The translations under genes were made by a program, and so were the position numbers. Below are positions 11,701 through 25,419 of a stretch of 64,000 nucleotides of DNA, piece by piece. The stretch is from Eledone cirrhosa (lineage: Eukaryota). Location of the stretch: assembly GCA_964016885.1 (NCBI GenBank), contig OZ024744.1, positions 13,764,001-13,828,000 on the forward strand, written 5' to 3'. The first letter of the stretch is position 1; every line of letters begins with the position of its first letter. The notes under the pieces were generated by a model that saw only the letters and a list, made by a program, of their open reading frames with translations, was not told where the DNA came from and did not search any database.

Positions 11701-14700
11701 ACTCCAGTTAAAGCTACTCTCTAAATTGAGAGATTACAACTCCAATACTATGGACATGTGGGTAGAATGTCTCAGTAGATTAGAGAGTCACTCCAGTTAA
11801 AGCCACTCTCTAAATTGAGAGATCACAACTCCAATACTATGGACATGTGGTTAGAATGTCTAAGTAGATCAGAGTGTCACTCCAGTTAAAGCCACTCTCT
11901 AAATTGAGAGATCATAACTTCCATACTATGGACATGTGGTTAGAATGTCTCAGTAGATCAGAGAGTCACTCCAGTTAAAACCACTCTCTAAATTGAGAGA
12001 TCACAACTGCTATACTATGGACATGGGGTTAGAATGTCTCAGTAGATCAGAGTGTCACTCCAGTTAAAGCTACTCTCTAAATTGAGAGATCACAACTCCC
12101 AAACTATGGACATGTCGTTAGAATGTCTCAGTAGATCAGAGAGTCACTCCAGTAAAAGCCACTCTCTAAATAGAGAGATCACAACTCCAATACTATGGAC
12201 ATGTGGTTAGAATGTCTCAGTAGATCAGAGAGTAATTCCAGTTAAAGCCACTCTCTAAATTGAGAGATCACAACTCCCATACTATGGACGTGTGGTTAGA
12301 ATGTCTCAGTAGATCAGAGAATCACTCCAGTTAAAGCTACTCTCTAAATTGAGAGATCACAACTCCCTAACTATGGACATGTGGTTAGAATGTCTCAGTA
12401 GATCAGAGAGTCACTCCAGTTAAAGCCACTCTGTAAATTGAGAGATCACAACTCCCATATTCTGGACGTGTGGTTAGAATGTCTCAGTACATCAGAGAAT
12501 CACTCCAGTTAAAACTACTCTCTAAATTGAGAGATCACAACTTCCATACTATGGACATGTGGTTAGAATGTCTCAGTAGATCAGAAAGTCACTCCAGTTA
12601 AAGCTACACTCTAAATTGAGAGATCACAGCTCCTATACTATGGACATGGGGTTAGAATGTCTCAGTAGATCAGAGTGTCACTCCAGTTAAAGCCACTCTC
12701 TAAATTGAGAAATCACAACTCCCATTATATGGACATGTGGTTAGAATGTCTCAGTAGATCAGAGAGTCACTCCAGTTAAAGCCACTCTCTAAATTGAGAG
12801 ATCACAACTCCAATACTATGGACATGGGGTTTGAAAGTCTCAGTAGATTAGAGTGTCACTCCAGTTAAAGCTACTCTCTAAATTGAGAGATCACAACTCC
12901 CATACTATGGACATTAGGTTTGAATGTCTCAGTAGATTAGAGTGTCATTCCAGTTTAAGCTACTCTCTAAATTGAAAGATCACAACTCCCATACTATGGA
13001 CATGTGGGTAGAATGTCTCAGTAGATCAGAGAGTCACTCCAGTTAAAGCTACTCTCTAAATTGAGAGATCACAACTCCTATACTATGGACATGGGGTTAG
13101 AATGTCTCAGTAGATCAGAGTGTCACTCCAGTTAAAGCCACTCTCTAAATTGAGAGATCACAAATCCCATACTATGGACATGTGGTTAGAATGTCTCAGT
13201 AGATCAGAGAGTCTCTCCAGTAAAAGCTACTCTCTAAATTGAGAGATCACATCTCCCATACTATGGACATGTGGTTAGAATGTCTCAGTAGATCAGAGAG
13301 TCACTCTTGTTAAAGCTACTCTCTAAATTGAGAGATCACAACTGCTATACTATGGACATGGGGTTAGAATGTCTCAGTAGATCAGAGTGTCACTCCAGTT
13401 AAAGCCACTCTCTAAATTGAGAGATCACAACTCCCAAACTATGGACATGTCGTTAGAATGTCTCAGTAGATCAGAGAGTCACTCCAGTAAAAGCCACTCT
13501 CTAAATAGAGAGATCACAACTCCAATACTATGGACATGGGGTTTGAAAGTCTCAGTAGATTAGAGTGTCACTCCAGTTAAAGCTACTCTCTAAATTGAGA
13601 GATCACAACTCCAATACTATGGACATGGGGTTTGAATGTCTCAGTAGATCAGAGAGTCGCTCAAGTTAAAGCCACTCTCTAAATTGAGAGATCACAACTC
13701 CCATACTATGGACATGTGGGTAGAATGTCTCAGTAGATCAGAGAGTCACTCCAGTTAAAGCCACTAATTCTCTAAATTGAGAGATCACAACTTCCATACT
13801 ATGGACATGTGGTTAGAATGTCTCAGTAGATCAGAGAGTCACTCTTGTTAAAGCTACTCTCTAAATTGAGAGATCACAACTCCTATACTATGGACATGGG
13901 GTTAGAATGTCTCAGTAGATCAGAGTTCACTCCAGTTAAAGCCACTCTCTAAATTGAAAGATCACAACTCCCATACTATGGACATGTGGTTAGAATGTCT
14001 TAGTAGATCAGAGAGTCACTCCAGTTAAAGCTACTCTCTAAATTGAGAGATCACAACTCCCATACTATGTACATGTGGTTAGAATGTCTCAGTAGATCAG
14101 AGAGTCACTCCAGTTAAAGCTACTCTCGAAATTGAGAGATCACAACTCCCAAACTATTGACATGTGGGTAGAATGTCTCAGTAGATCAGAGAGTCACTCC
14201 AGTTAAAGCCGCTAATTCTCTAAATTGAGAGATCACAACTCCCATACTATGGACATGTGGTTAGAATGTCTCAGTAGATCAGAGAGTCACTCCAGTTAAA
14301 GCTACTCTCTAAATTAAGAGATCACAACTCCCATACTATGGACATGTGGTTAGAATGTCTCAGTAGATCAGAGAGTCACTCCAGTTAAAGCCACTCTCTA
14401 AATTGAGAGATCACAACTCCCATACTATGGACATGTGGTTAGAATGTCTCGATAGATCAGAGAGTCACTCCAGTTAAAGCTACTCTCGAAATTGAGAGAT
14501 CACAACTCCCATACTATTGACATGTGTGTAGAATATCTCAGTAGATCAGAGAGTCACTCCAGTTAAAGCCGCTAATTCTCTAAATTGAGAGATCACAACT
14601 CCCATACTATGGACATGTGGTTAGAATGTCTCAGTAGATCAGAGAGTCACTCTTGTTAAAGCTACTCTCTAAATTGAGAGATCACAACTCCTATACTATG

Positions 14701-17700
14701 GACATGTGGTTAGAATGTCTCAGTAGATCAGAGAGTCACTCTTGTTAAAGCTACTCTCTAAATTGAGAGATCACAACTCCTATACTATGGACATGGGGTT
14801 AGAATGTCTCAGTAGATCAGAGTTCACTCCAGTTAAAGCCACTCTCTAAATTGAAAGATCACAACTCCCATACTATGGACATGTGGTTAGAATGTCTTAG
14901 TAGATCAGAGAGTCACTCCAGTTAAAGCTACTCTCTAAATTGAGAGATCACAACTCCCATACTATGTACATGTGGTTAGAATGTCTCAGTAGATCAGAGA
15001 GTCACTCCAGTTAAAGCTACTCTCGAAATTGAGAGATCACAACTCCCAAACTATTGACATGTGGGTAGAATGTCTCAGTAGATCAGAGAGTCACTCCAGT
15101 TAAAGCCGCTAATTCTCTAAATTGAGAGATCACAACTCCCATACTATGGACATGTGGTTAGAATGTCTCAGTAGATCAGAGAGTCACTCCAGTTAAAGCT
15201 ACTCTCTAAATTGAGAGATCACAACTCCAATACTATGGACATGGGGTTTGAAAATCTTAGTAGATCATAGAGTTACTCCAGTTAAAGCTACTCTCTAAAT
15301 TAAGAGATCACAACTCCCATACTATGGACATGTGGTTAGAATGTCTCAGTAGATCAGAGAGTCACTCCAGTTAAAGCCACTCTCTAAATTGAGAGATCAC
15401 AACTCCCATACTATGGACATGTGGTTAGAATGTCTCAATAGATCAGAGAGTCACTCCAGTTAAAGCTACTCTCGAAATTGAGAGATCACAACTCCCATAC
15501 TATTGACATGTGGGTAGAATATCTCAGTAGATCAGAGAGTCACTCCAGTTAAAGCCGCTAATTCTCTAAATTGAGAGCTCACAACTCCCATACTATGGAC
15601 ATGTGGTTAGAATGTCTCAGTAGATCAGAGAGTCACTCCAGTTAAAGCTACTCTCTAAATTGAGAGATCACAACTCCAATACTATGGACATGGGGTTTGA
15701 AAGTCTCAGTAGATCAGAGTTTCACTCCAGTTAAAGCTACTCTCTAAATTGAGAGATTACAACTCCAATACTATGGACATGGGGTTTGAAAGTCTCAGTA
15801 GATCAGAGTGTCACTCCAGTTAAAGCTACTCTCTAAATTGAGAGTTTAAAACTCCAATACTATGGACATGTGGTTAGAATGTCTCAGTAGATTAGAGAGT
15901 CACTCCAGTTAAAGCCACTCTCTAAATTGAGAGATCACAACTCCAATACTATGGACATGTGATTAGAATGTGTCAGTAGATTAGAGAGTCACTCCAGTTA
16001 AAGCCACTCTCTAAATTGAGAGATCACAACTCCAATACTATGGACATGTGGTTAGAAAGTCTCAGTAGATCAGAGTGTCACTCCAATTAAAGCTAATCTC
16101 TAAATTGAGAGATCACAACTCCAATACTATGGACATGGGGTTTGAATGTCTCAGTAGATGAGAGTGTCACTCCAGTTAAAGCTACTCTCTAAATTGAGAT
16201 ATCACAACTCCAATACTATGGACATGTGGTTTGAATGTCTCAGTAGATCAGAGAGTCACTTCAGTTAAAGCTACTCTCTAAATTGAGAGATCACAACTCC
16301 AATACTATGGACATGGGGTTTGAAAGTCTCAGTAGATCAGAGTGTCACTCCAGTTAAAGCTACTCTCTAAATTGAGAGATTACAACTCCAATACTATGGA
16401 CATGTGGGTAGAATGTCTCAGTAGATTAGAGAGTCACTCCAGTTAAAGCCACTCTCTAAATTGAGAGATCACAACTCCAATACTATGGACATGTGGTTAG
16501 AATGTCTAAGTAGATCAGAGTGTCACTCCAGTTAAAGCCACTCTCTAAATTGAGAGATCATAACTTCCATACTATGGACATGTGGTTAGAATGTCTCAGT
16601 AGATCAGAGAGTCACTCCAGTTAAAACCACTCTCTAAATTGAGAGATCACAACTCCAATACTATGGACATGTGGTTAGAATGTCTCAGTAGATCAGAGAG
16701 TCTCTCCAGTAAAAGCTACTCTCTAAATTGAGAGATCACAACTCCAATACTATGGACATGTGGTTAGAATGTCTCAGTAGATCAGAGAGTAATTCCAGTT
16801 AAAGCCACTCTCTAAATTGAGAGATCACAACTCCCGTACTATGGACGTGTGGTTAGAATGTCTCAGTAGATCAGAGAATCACTCCAGTTAAAGCTACTCT
16901 CTAAATTGAGAGATCACATCTCCCATACTATGGACATGTGGTTAGAATGTCTCAGTAGATCAGAGAGTCACTCTTGTTAAAGCTACTCTCTAAATTGAGA
17001 GATCACAACTGCTATACTATGGACATGGGTTTAGAATGTCTCAGTAGATCAGAGTGTCACTCCAGTTAAAGCCACTCTCTAAATTGAGAGATCACAACTC
17101 CCAAACTATGGACATGTCGTTAGAATGTCTCAGTAGATCAGAGAGTCACTCCAGTAAAAGCCACTCTCTAAATAGAGAGATCACAACTCCAATACTATGG
17201 ACATGGGGTTTAAAAGTCTCAGTAGATTAGAGTGTCACTCCAGTTAAAGCTACTCTCTAAATTGAGAGATCACAACTCCAATACTATGGACATGGGGTTT
17301 GAATGTCTCAGTAGATCAGAGAGTCGCTCAAGTTAAAGCCACTCTCTAAATTGAGAGATCACAACTCCCATACTATGGACATGTGGGTAGAATGTCTCAG
17401 TAGATCAGAGAGTCACTCCAGTTAAAGCCACTAATTCTCTAAATTGAGAGATCACAACTTCCATACTATGGACATGTGGTTAGAATGTCTCAGTAGATCA
17501 GAGAGTCACTCTTGTTAAAGCTACTCTCTAAATTGAGAGATCACAACTCCTATACTATGGACATGGGGTTAGAATGTCTCAGTAGATCAGAGTTCACTCC
17601 AGTTAAAGCCACTCTCTAAATTGAAAGATCACAACTCCCATACTATGGACATGTGGTTAGAATGTCTTAGTAGATCAGAGAGTCACTCCAGTTAAAGCTA

Positions 17701-19430
17701 CTCTCTAAATTGAGAGATCACAACTCTCATACTATGTACATGTGGTTAGAATGTCTCAGTAGATCAGAGAGTCACTCCAGTTAAAGCTACTCTCGAAATT
17801 GAGAGATCACAACTCCCAAACTATTGACATGTGGGTAGAATGTCTCAGTAGATCAGAGAGTCACTCCAGTTAAAGCCGCTAATTCTCTAAATTGAGAGAT
17901 CACAACTCCCATACTATGGACATGTGGTTAGAATGTCTCAGTAGATCAGAGAGTCACTCCAGTTAAAGCTACTCTCTAAATTGAGAGATCACAACTCCAA
18001 TACTATGGACATGGGGTTTGAAAGTCTTAGTAGATCATAGAGTTACTCCAGTTAAAGCTACTCTCTAAATTAAGAGATCACAACTCCCATACTATGGACA
18101 TGTGGTTAGAATGTCTCAGTAGATCAGAGAGTCACTCCAGTTAAAGCCACTCTCTAAATTGAGAGATCACAACTCCCATACTATGGACATGTGGTTAGAA
18201 TGTCTCAATAGATCAGAGAGTCACTCCAGTTAAAGCTACTCTCGAAATTGAGAGATCACAACTCCCATACTATTGACATGTGGGTAGAATATCTCAGTAG
18301 ATCAGAGAGTCACTCCAGTTAAAGCCGCTAATTCTCTAAATTGAGAGATCACAACTCCCATACTATGGACATGTGGTTATAATGTCTCAGTAGATCAGAG
18401 AGTCACTCCAGTTAAAGCTACTCTCTAAATTGAGAGATCACAACTCCAATACTATGGACATGGGGTTTGAAAGTCTCAGTAGATCAGAGTTTCACTCCAG
18501 TTAAAGCTACTCTCTAAATTGAGAGATTACAACTCCAATACTATGGACATGGGGTTTGAAAGTCTCAGTAGATCAGAGTGTCACTCCAGTTAAAGCTACT
18601 CTCTAAATTGAGAGTTTAAAACTCCAATACTATGGACATGTGGTTAGAATGTCTCAGTAGATTAGAGAGTCACTCCAGTTAAAGCCACTCTCTAAATTGA
18701 GAGATCACAACTCCAATACTATGGACATGTGATTAGAATGTGTCAGTAGATTAGAGAGTCACTCCAGTTAAAGCCACTCTCTAAATTGAGAGATCACAAC
18801 TCCAATACTATGGACATGTGGTTAGAAAGTCTCAGTAGATCAGAGTGTCACTCCAGTTAAAGCTAATCTCTAAATTGAGAGATCACAACTCCAATACTAT
18901 GGAGATGGGGTTTGAATGTCTCAGTAGATGAGAGTGTCACTCCAGTTAAAGCTACTCTCTAAATTGAGATATCACAACTCCAATACTATGGACATGTGGT
19001 TTGAATGTCTCAGTAGATCAGAGAGTCACTTCAGTTAAAGCTACTCTCTAAATTGAGAGATCACAACTCCAATACTATGGACATGGGGTTTGAAAGTCTC
19101 AGTAGATCAGAGTGTCACTCCAGTTAAAGCTACTCTCTAAATTGAGAGATTACAACTCCAATACTATGGACATGTGGGTAGAATGTCTAAGTAGATTAGA
19201 GAGTCACTCCAGTTAAAGCCACTCTCTAAATTGAGAGATCACAACTCCAATAATATGGACATGTGGTTAGAATGTCTAAGTAGATCAGAGTGTCACTCCA
19301 GTTAAAGCCACTCTCTAAATTGAGAGATCATAACTTCCATACTATGGACATGTGGTTAGAATGTCTCAGTAGATCAGAGAGTCACTCCAGTTAAAACCAC
19401 TCTCTAAATTGAGAGATCACAACTCCAATA
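8740..19430 (+). repeat. Higher-order repeat domain with offsets 3482, 3749, 897 and 2770 bp (39, 42, 10 and 31 monomers plus indels)
   Basis: ATTAGG marker at 9431 and 12913. The TACATG of variant TGTACATG at 10321, 14070, 14967 and 17737. GATGAGAGTG at 11511, 16157 and 18927. The 93-bp and 88-bp monomers account for the non-multiple-of-89 remainders. Confidence 0.85.
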
Positions 19431-19449
19431 CTATGGACATGTGGTTAGA

Positions 19450-22400
19450 ATGTCTCAGTAGATCAGAGAGTCACTCCAGTTAAAGCCACTCTCTAAATTG
19501 AGAGATCACAACTCGAATACTATGGACATGGGGTTTGAATGTCTCAGTACATCTGAGTGTCACTCCAGTTAAAGTTACTCTCTAAATTGAGAGATCACAA
19601 CTCCAATACTATGGACATGGGGTTTCAATGTCTCAGTAGATCAGAGAGTCACTCCAGTTAAAGCCACTCTCTAAATTGAGAGATCACAACTCCAATACTA
19701 TGGACATGTGATTAGAATGTCTCAGTAGATCAGAGTGTCACTCCAGTTAAAGCTACTCTCTAAATTGGGAGATCACAACTCCAATACTATGGACATGGGG
19801 TTTGAATGTCTCAGTAGATCAGAGAGTCACTCCAGTTAAAGCTACTCTCTAAATTGAGAGATCACAACTCCCATACTATGGACATGTGGTTAGAATGTCT
19901 CAATAAATCAGAGAGTCATTCCAGTTAAAGCCACTCTCTAAATTGAGAGATCACAACCCCCCATACTATGGACGTGTGGTTAGAATGTCTCAGTAGATCA
20001 GAGGATCACTCCACTTAAAGCTACTCTCTAAATTGAGAGATCACAACTCCCTAACTATGGACATGTGGTTAGAATGTCTCAGTAGATCAGAGAGTCACTC
20101 CAGTTAAAGCCACTCTCTAAATTGAGAGATCACAACTCCCACACTCTGGACGTGTGGTTAGAATGTCTCAGTACATCAGAGAATCACTCCAGTTAAAACT
20201 ACTCTCTAAATTGAGAGATCACAACTCCCATACTATGGACATGTGGTTAGAATGTCTTAGTAGATCAGAGAGTCACTCCAGTTAAAGCTACTCTCTAAAT
20301 TGAGAGATCACAACTCCCATACTATGGACATGTGGTTAGAATGTCTCAGTAGATCAGAGAGTCACTCCAGTTAAAGCCACTCTCTAAATTGAGAGATCAC
20401 AACTCCCATACTATGGACATGTGGTTAGAATGTCTCAGTAGATCAGAGCGTCACTCCAGTTAAAGCTACTCTCGAAATTGAGAGATCACAACTCCCATAC
20501 TATTGACATGTGGGTAGAATGTCTCAGTAGATCAGAGAGTCACTCCAGTTAAAGCCGCTAATTCTCTAAATTGAGAGATCACAACTCCCATACTATGGAC
20601 ATGTGGTTAGAATGTCTCAGTAGATCAGAGTTTCACTCCAGTTAAAGCTACTCTCTAAATTGAGAGATTACAACTCCAATACTATGGACATGGGGTTTGA
20701 AAGTCTCAGTAGATCAGAGTGTCACTCCAGTTAAAGCTACTCTCTAAATTGAGTGTTTAAAACTCCAATACTATGGACATGTGATTAGAATGTGTCAGTA
20801 GATTAGAGAGTCACTCCAGTTAAAGCCACTCTCTAAATTGAGAGATCACAACTCCAATACTATGGACATGTGGTTAGAAAGTCTCAGTAGATCAGAGTGT
20901 CACTCCAGTTAAAGCTAATCTCTAAATTGAGAGATCACAACTCCAATACTATGGACATGGGGTTTGAATGTCTCAGTAGATCAGAGTGTCACTCCAGTTA
21001 AAGCTACTCTCTAAATTGAGAGATCACAACTCCAATACTATGGACATGGGGTTTGAATGTCTCAGTAGATCAGAGAGTCACTTCAGTTAAAGCTACTCTC
21101 TAAATTGAGAGATCACAACTCCAATACTATGGACATGTGGTTAGAAAGTCTCAGTAGATCAGAGAGTCACTCCAGTTAAAACCACTCTCTAAATTGAGAG
21201 ATCACAACTCCAATACTATGGACATGTGGTTAGAATGTCTCAGTAGATCAGAGAGTCACTCCAGTTAAAGCCACTCTCTAAATTGATAGATCACAACTCG
21301 AATACTATGGACATGGGGTTTGAATGTCTCAGTACATCAGAGTGTCACTCCAGTTAAAGTTACTCTCTAAATTGAGAGATCACAACTCCAATACTATGGA
21401 CATGGGGTTTGAATGTCTCAATAGATCAGAGAGTCACTACAGTTAAAGCCACTCTCTAAATTGAGAGATCACAACTCCAATACTATGGACATGTGGTTAG
21501 AATGTCTCAGTAGATCAGAGTGTAACTCCAGTTAAAGCTACTCTCTAAATTGGGAGATTACAACTCCAATACTATGGACATGGGGTTTGAATGTCTCAGT
21601 GGATCAGAGAGTCACTCCAGTTAAAGCTACTCTCTAAATTGAGAGATCACAACTCCCATACTATGGACATGTGGTTAGAATGTCTCAGTAGATCAGAGAG
21701 TCATTCCAGTTAAAGCCACTCTCTAAATTGAGAGATCACAACTCCCATACTATGGACGTGTGGTTAGAATGTCTCAGTAGATCAGGGAATCACTCCAGTT
21801 AAAGCTACTCTCTAAATTGAGAGATCACAACTCCCTAACTATGGACATGTGGTTAGAATGTCTCAGTAGATCAGAGAGTCACTCCAGTTAAAGCCACTCT
21901 TTAAATTGAGAGATCACAACTCCCATACTCTGGACGTGTGGTTAGAATGTCTCAGTACATCAGAGAATCACTCCAGTTAAAACTACTCTCTAAATTGAGA
22001 GATCACAACTCCCATACTATGGACATGTGGTTAGAATGTCTTAGTAGATCAGAGAGTCACTCCAGTTAAAGCTACTCTCTAAATTGAGAGATCACAACTC
22101 CCATACTATGGACATGTGGTTAGAATGTCTCAGTAGATCAGAGAGTCACTCCAGTTAAAGCCACTCTCTAAATTGAGAGATCACAACTCCCATACTATGG
22201 ACATGTGGTTAGAATGTCTCAGTAGATCAGAGAGTCACTCCAGTTAAAGCTACTCTCTAAATTGAGAGATCACAACTCCTATACTATGAACATGGGGTTA
22301 GAATGTCTCAGTAGATCAGAGAGTCACTCCAGTTAAAGCCACTCTCTAAATTGAGAGATCACAACTCGAATACTATGGACATGGGGTTTGAATGTCTCAG

Positions 22401-25000
22401 TACATCTGAGTGTCACTCCAGTTAAAGTTACTCTCTAAATTGAGAGATCACAACTCCAATACTATGGACATGGGGTTTCAATGTCTCAGTAGATCAGAGA
22501 GTCACTCCAGTTAAAGCCACTCTCTAAATTGAGAGATCACAACTCCCACACTCTGGACGTGTGGTTAGAATGTCTCAGTACATCAGAGAATCACTCCAGT
22601 TAAAACTACTCTCTAAATTGAGAGATCACAACTCCCATACTATGGACATGTGGTTAGAATGTCTTAGTAGATCAGAGAGTCACTCCAGTTAAAGCTACTC
22701 TCTAAATTGAGAGATCACAACTCCCATACTATGGACATGTGGTTAGAATGTCTCAGTAGATCAGAGAGTCACTCCAGTTAAAGCTACTCTCGAAATTGAG
22801 AGATCACAACTCCCATACTATTGACATGTGGGTAGAATGTGTCAGTAGATCAGAGAGTCACTCCAGTTAAAGCCGCTAATTCTCTAAATTGAGAGATCAC
22901 AACTCCCATAATATGGACATGTGGTTAGAATGTCTCAGTAGATCAGAGTTTCACTCCAGTTAAAGCTACTCTCTAAATTGAGAGATTACAAGTCCAATAC
23001 TATGGACATGGGGTTTGAAAGTCTCAGTAGATCAGAGTGTCACTCCAGTTAAAGCTACTCTCTAAATTGAGAGTTTAAAACTCCAATACTATGGACATGT
23101 GGTTAGAATGTCTCAGTAGATTAGAGAGTCACTCCAGTTAAAGCCACTCTCTAAATTGAGAGATCACAACTCCAATACTATGGACATGTGATTAGAATGT
23201 CTCAGTAGATTAGAGAGTCACTCCAGTTAAAGCCACTCTCTAAATTGAGAGATCACAACGCCAATACTATGGACATGTGGTTAGAAAGTCTCAGTAGATC
23301 AGAGTGTCACTCCAGTTAAAGCTAATCTCTAAATTGAGAGATCACAACTCCAATACTATGGACATGGGGTTTGAATGTCTCAGTAGATCAGAGTGTCACT
23401 CCAGTTAAAGCTACTCTCTAAATTGAGAGATCACAACTCCAATACTATGGACATGGGGTTTGAATGTCTCAGTAGATCAGAGAGTCACTTCAGTTAAAGC
23501 TACTCTCTAAATTGAGAGATCACAACTGCAATACTATGGACATGGGGTTTGAAAGTCTCAGTAGATCAGAGTGTCACTCCAGTTAAAGCTACTCTCTAAA
23601 TTGAGAGATTACAACTCCAATACTATGGACATGTGGTTAGAATGTCTCAGTATATTAGAGAGTCACTCCAGTTAAAGCCACTCTCTAAATTGAGAGATCA
23701 CAACTCCAATACTATGGACATGTGGTTAGAATGTCTCAGTCGATCAGAGTGTCACTCCAGTTAAAGCCACTCTCTAAATTGAGAGATCATAACTTCCATA
23801 CTATGGACATGTGATTAGAAAGTCTCAGTAGATCAGAGAGTCACTCCAGTTAAAACCACTCTCTAAATTGAGAGATCACAACTCCAATACTATGGACATG
23901 TGGTTAGAATGTCTCAGTAGATCAGAGAGTCACTCCAGTTAAAGCCACTCTCTAAATTGATAGATCACAACTCGAATACTATGGACATGGGGTTTGAATG
24001 TCTCAGTACATCAGAGTGTCACTCCAGTTAAAGTTACTCTCTAAATTGAGAGATCACAACTCCAATACTATGGACATGGGGTTTGAATGTCTCAGTAGAT
24101 CAGAGAGTCACTCCAGTTAAAGCCACTCTCTAAATTGAGAGATCACAACTCCAATACTATGGACATGTGGTTAGAATGTCTCAGTAGATCAGAGTGTAAC
24201 TCCAGTTAAAGCAACTCTCTAAATTGGGAGATTACAACTCCAATACTATGGACATGGAGTTTGAATGTCTCAGTAGATCAGAGAGTCACTCCAGTTAAAG
24301 CTACTCTCTAAATTGAGAGATCACAACTCCCATACTATGGACATGTGGTTAGAATGTCTCAGTAGATCAGAGAGTCATTCCAGTTAAAGCCACTCTCTAA
24401 ATTGAGAGATCACAACTCCCATACTATGGACGTGTGGTTAGAATGTCTCAGTAGATCAGCGAATCACTCCAGTTAAAGCTACTCTCTAAATTGAGAGATC
24501 ACAACTCCCTAACTATGGATATGTGGTTAGAATGTCTCAGTAGATCAGAGAGTCACTCCAGTTAAAGCCACTCTTTAAATTGAGAGATCACAACTCCCAT
24601 ACTCTGGACGTGTGGTTAGAATGTCTCAGTACATCAGAGAATCACTCCAGTTAAAACTACTCTCTAAATTGAGAGATCACAACTCCCATACTATGGACAT
24701 GTGGTTAGAATGTCTTAGTAGATCAGAGAGTCACTCCAGTTAAAGCTACTCTCTAAATTGAGAGATCACAACTCCCATACTATGGACATGTGGTTAGAAT
24801 GTCTCAGTAGATCAGAGAGTCACTCCAGTTAAAGCCACTCTCTAAATTGAGAGATCACAACTCCCATACTATGGACATGTGGTTAGAATGTCTCAGTAGA
24901 TCAGAGAGTCACTCCAGTTAAAGCTACTCTCTAAATTGAGAGATCACAACTCCTATACCATGAACATGGGGTTAGAATGTCTCAGTAGATCAGAGTGTCA
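19450..25000 (+). repeat. Higher-order repeat domain with ~30-32-monomer units (offsets 2674 and 2853)
   Basis: AATTGATAGA at 21281 and 23955. AACTCCCTAAC at 21829 and 24503. ATCTGAG at 19551 and 22404. Confidence 0.8.
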
Positions 25001-25419
25001 CTCCAGTTAAAGCCACTCTCTAAATTGAGAGATCACAACTCCCATACTATGGACATGTGGTTAGAATGTCTCAGTAGATCAGAGAGTCACTCCAGTTAAA
25101 GCTACTCTCTAAATTGAGAGATCACAACTCCAATACTATGGACATGTGGTTAGAATGTCTCAGTAGATTAGAGTATCACTCCAGTTAAAGCTACTCTCTA
25201 AATTGAGAGATCACAACTCCAATACTATGGACATGGGGTTTGAATGTCTCAGTAGATCAGAGAGTCGCTCAAGTTAAAGCCACTCTCTAAATTGAGAGAT
25301 CACAACTCCCATACTATGGACGTGTGGTTAGAATGTCTCAGTAGATCAGAGAACCACTCCAGTTAAAGCTACCCTCTAAATTGAGAGATCACATCTCCCA
25401 TACTATGGACATGTGGTTA

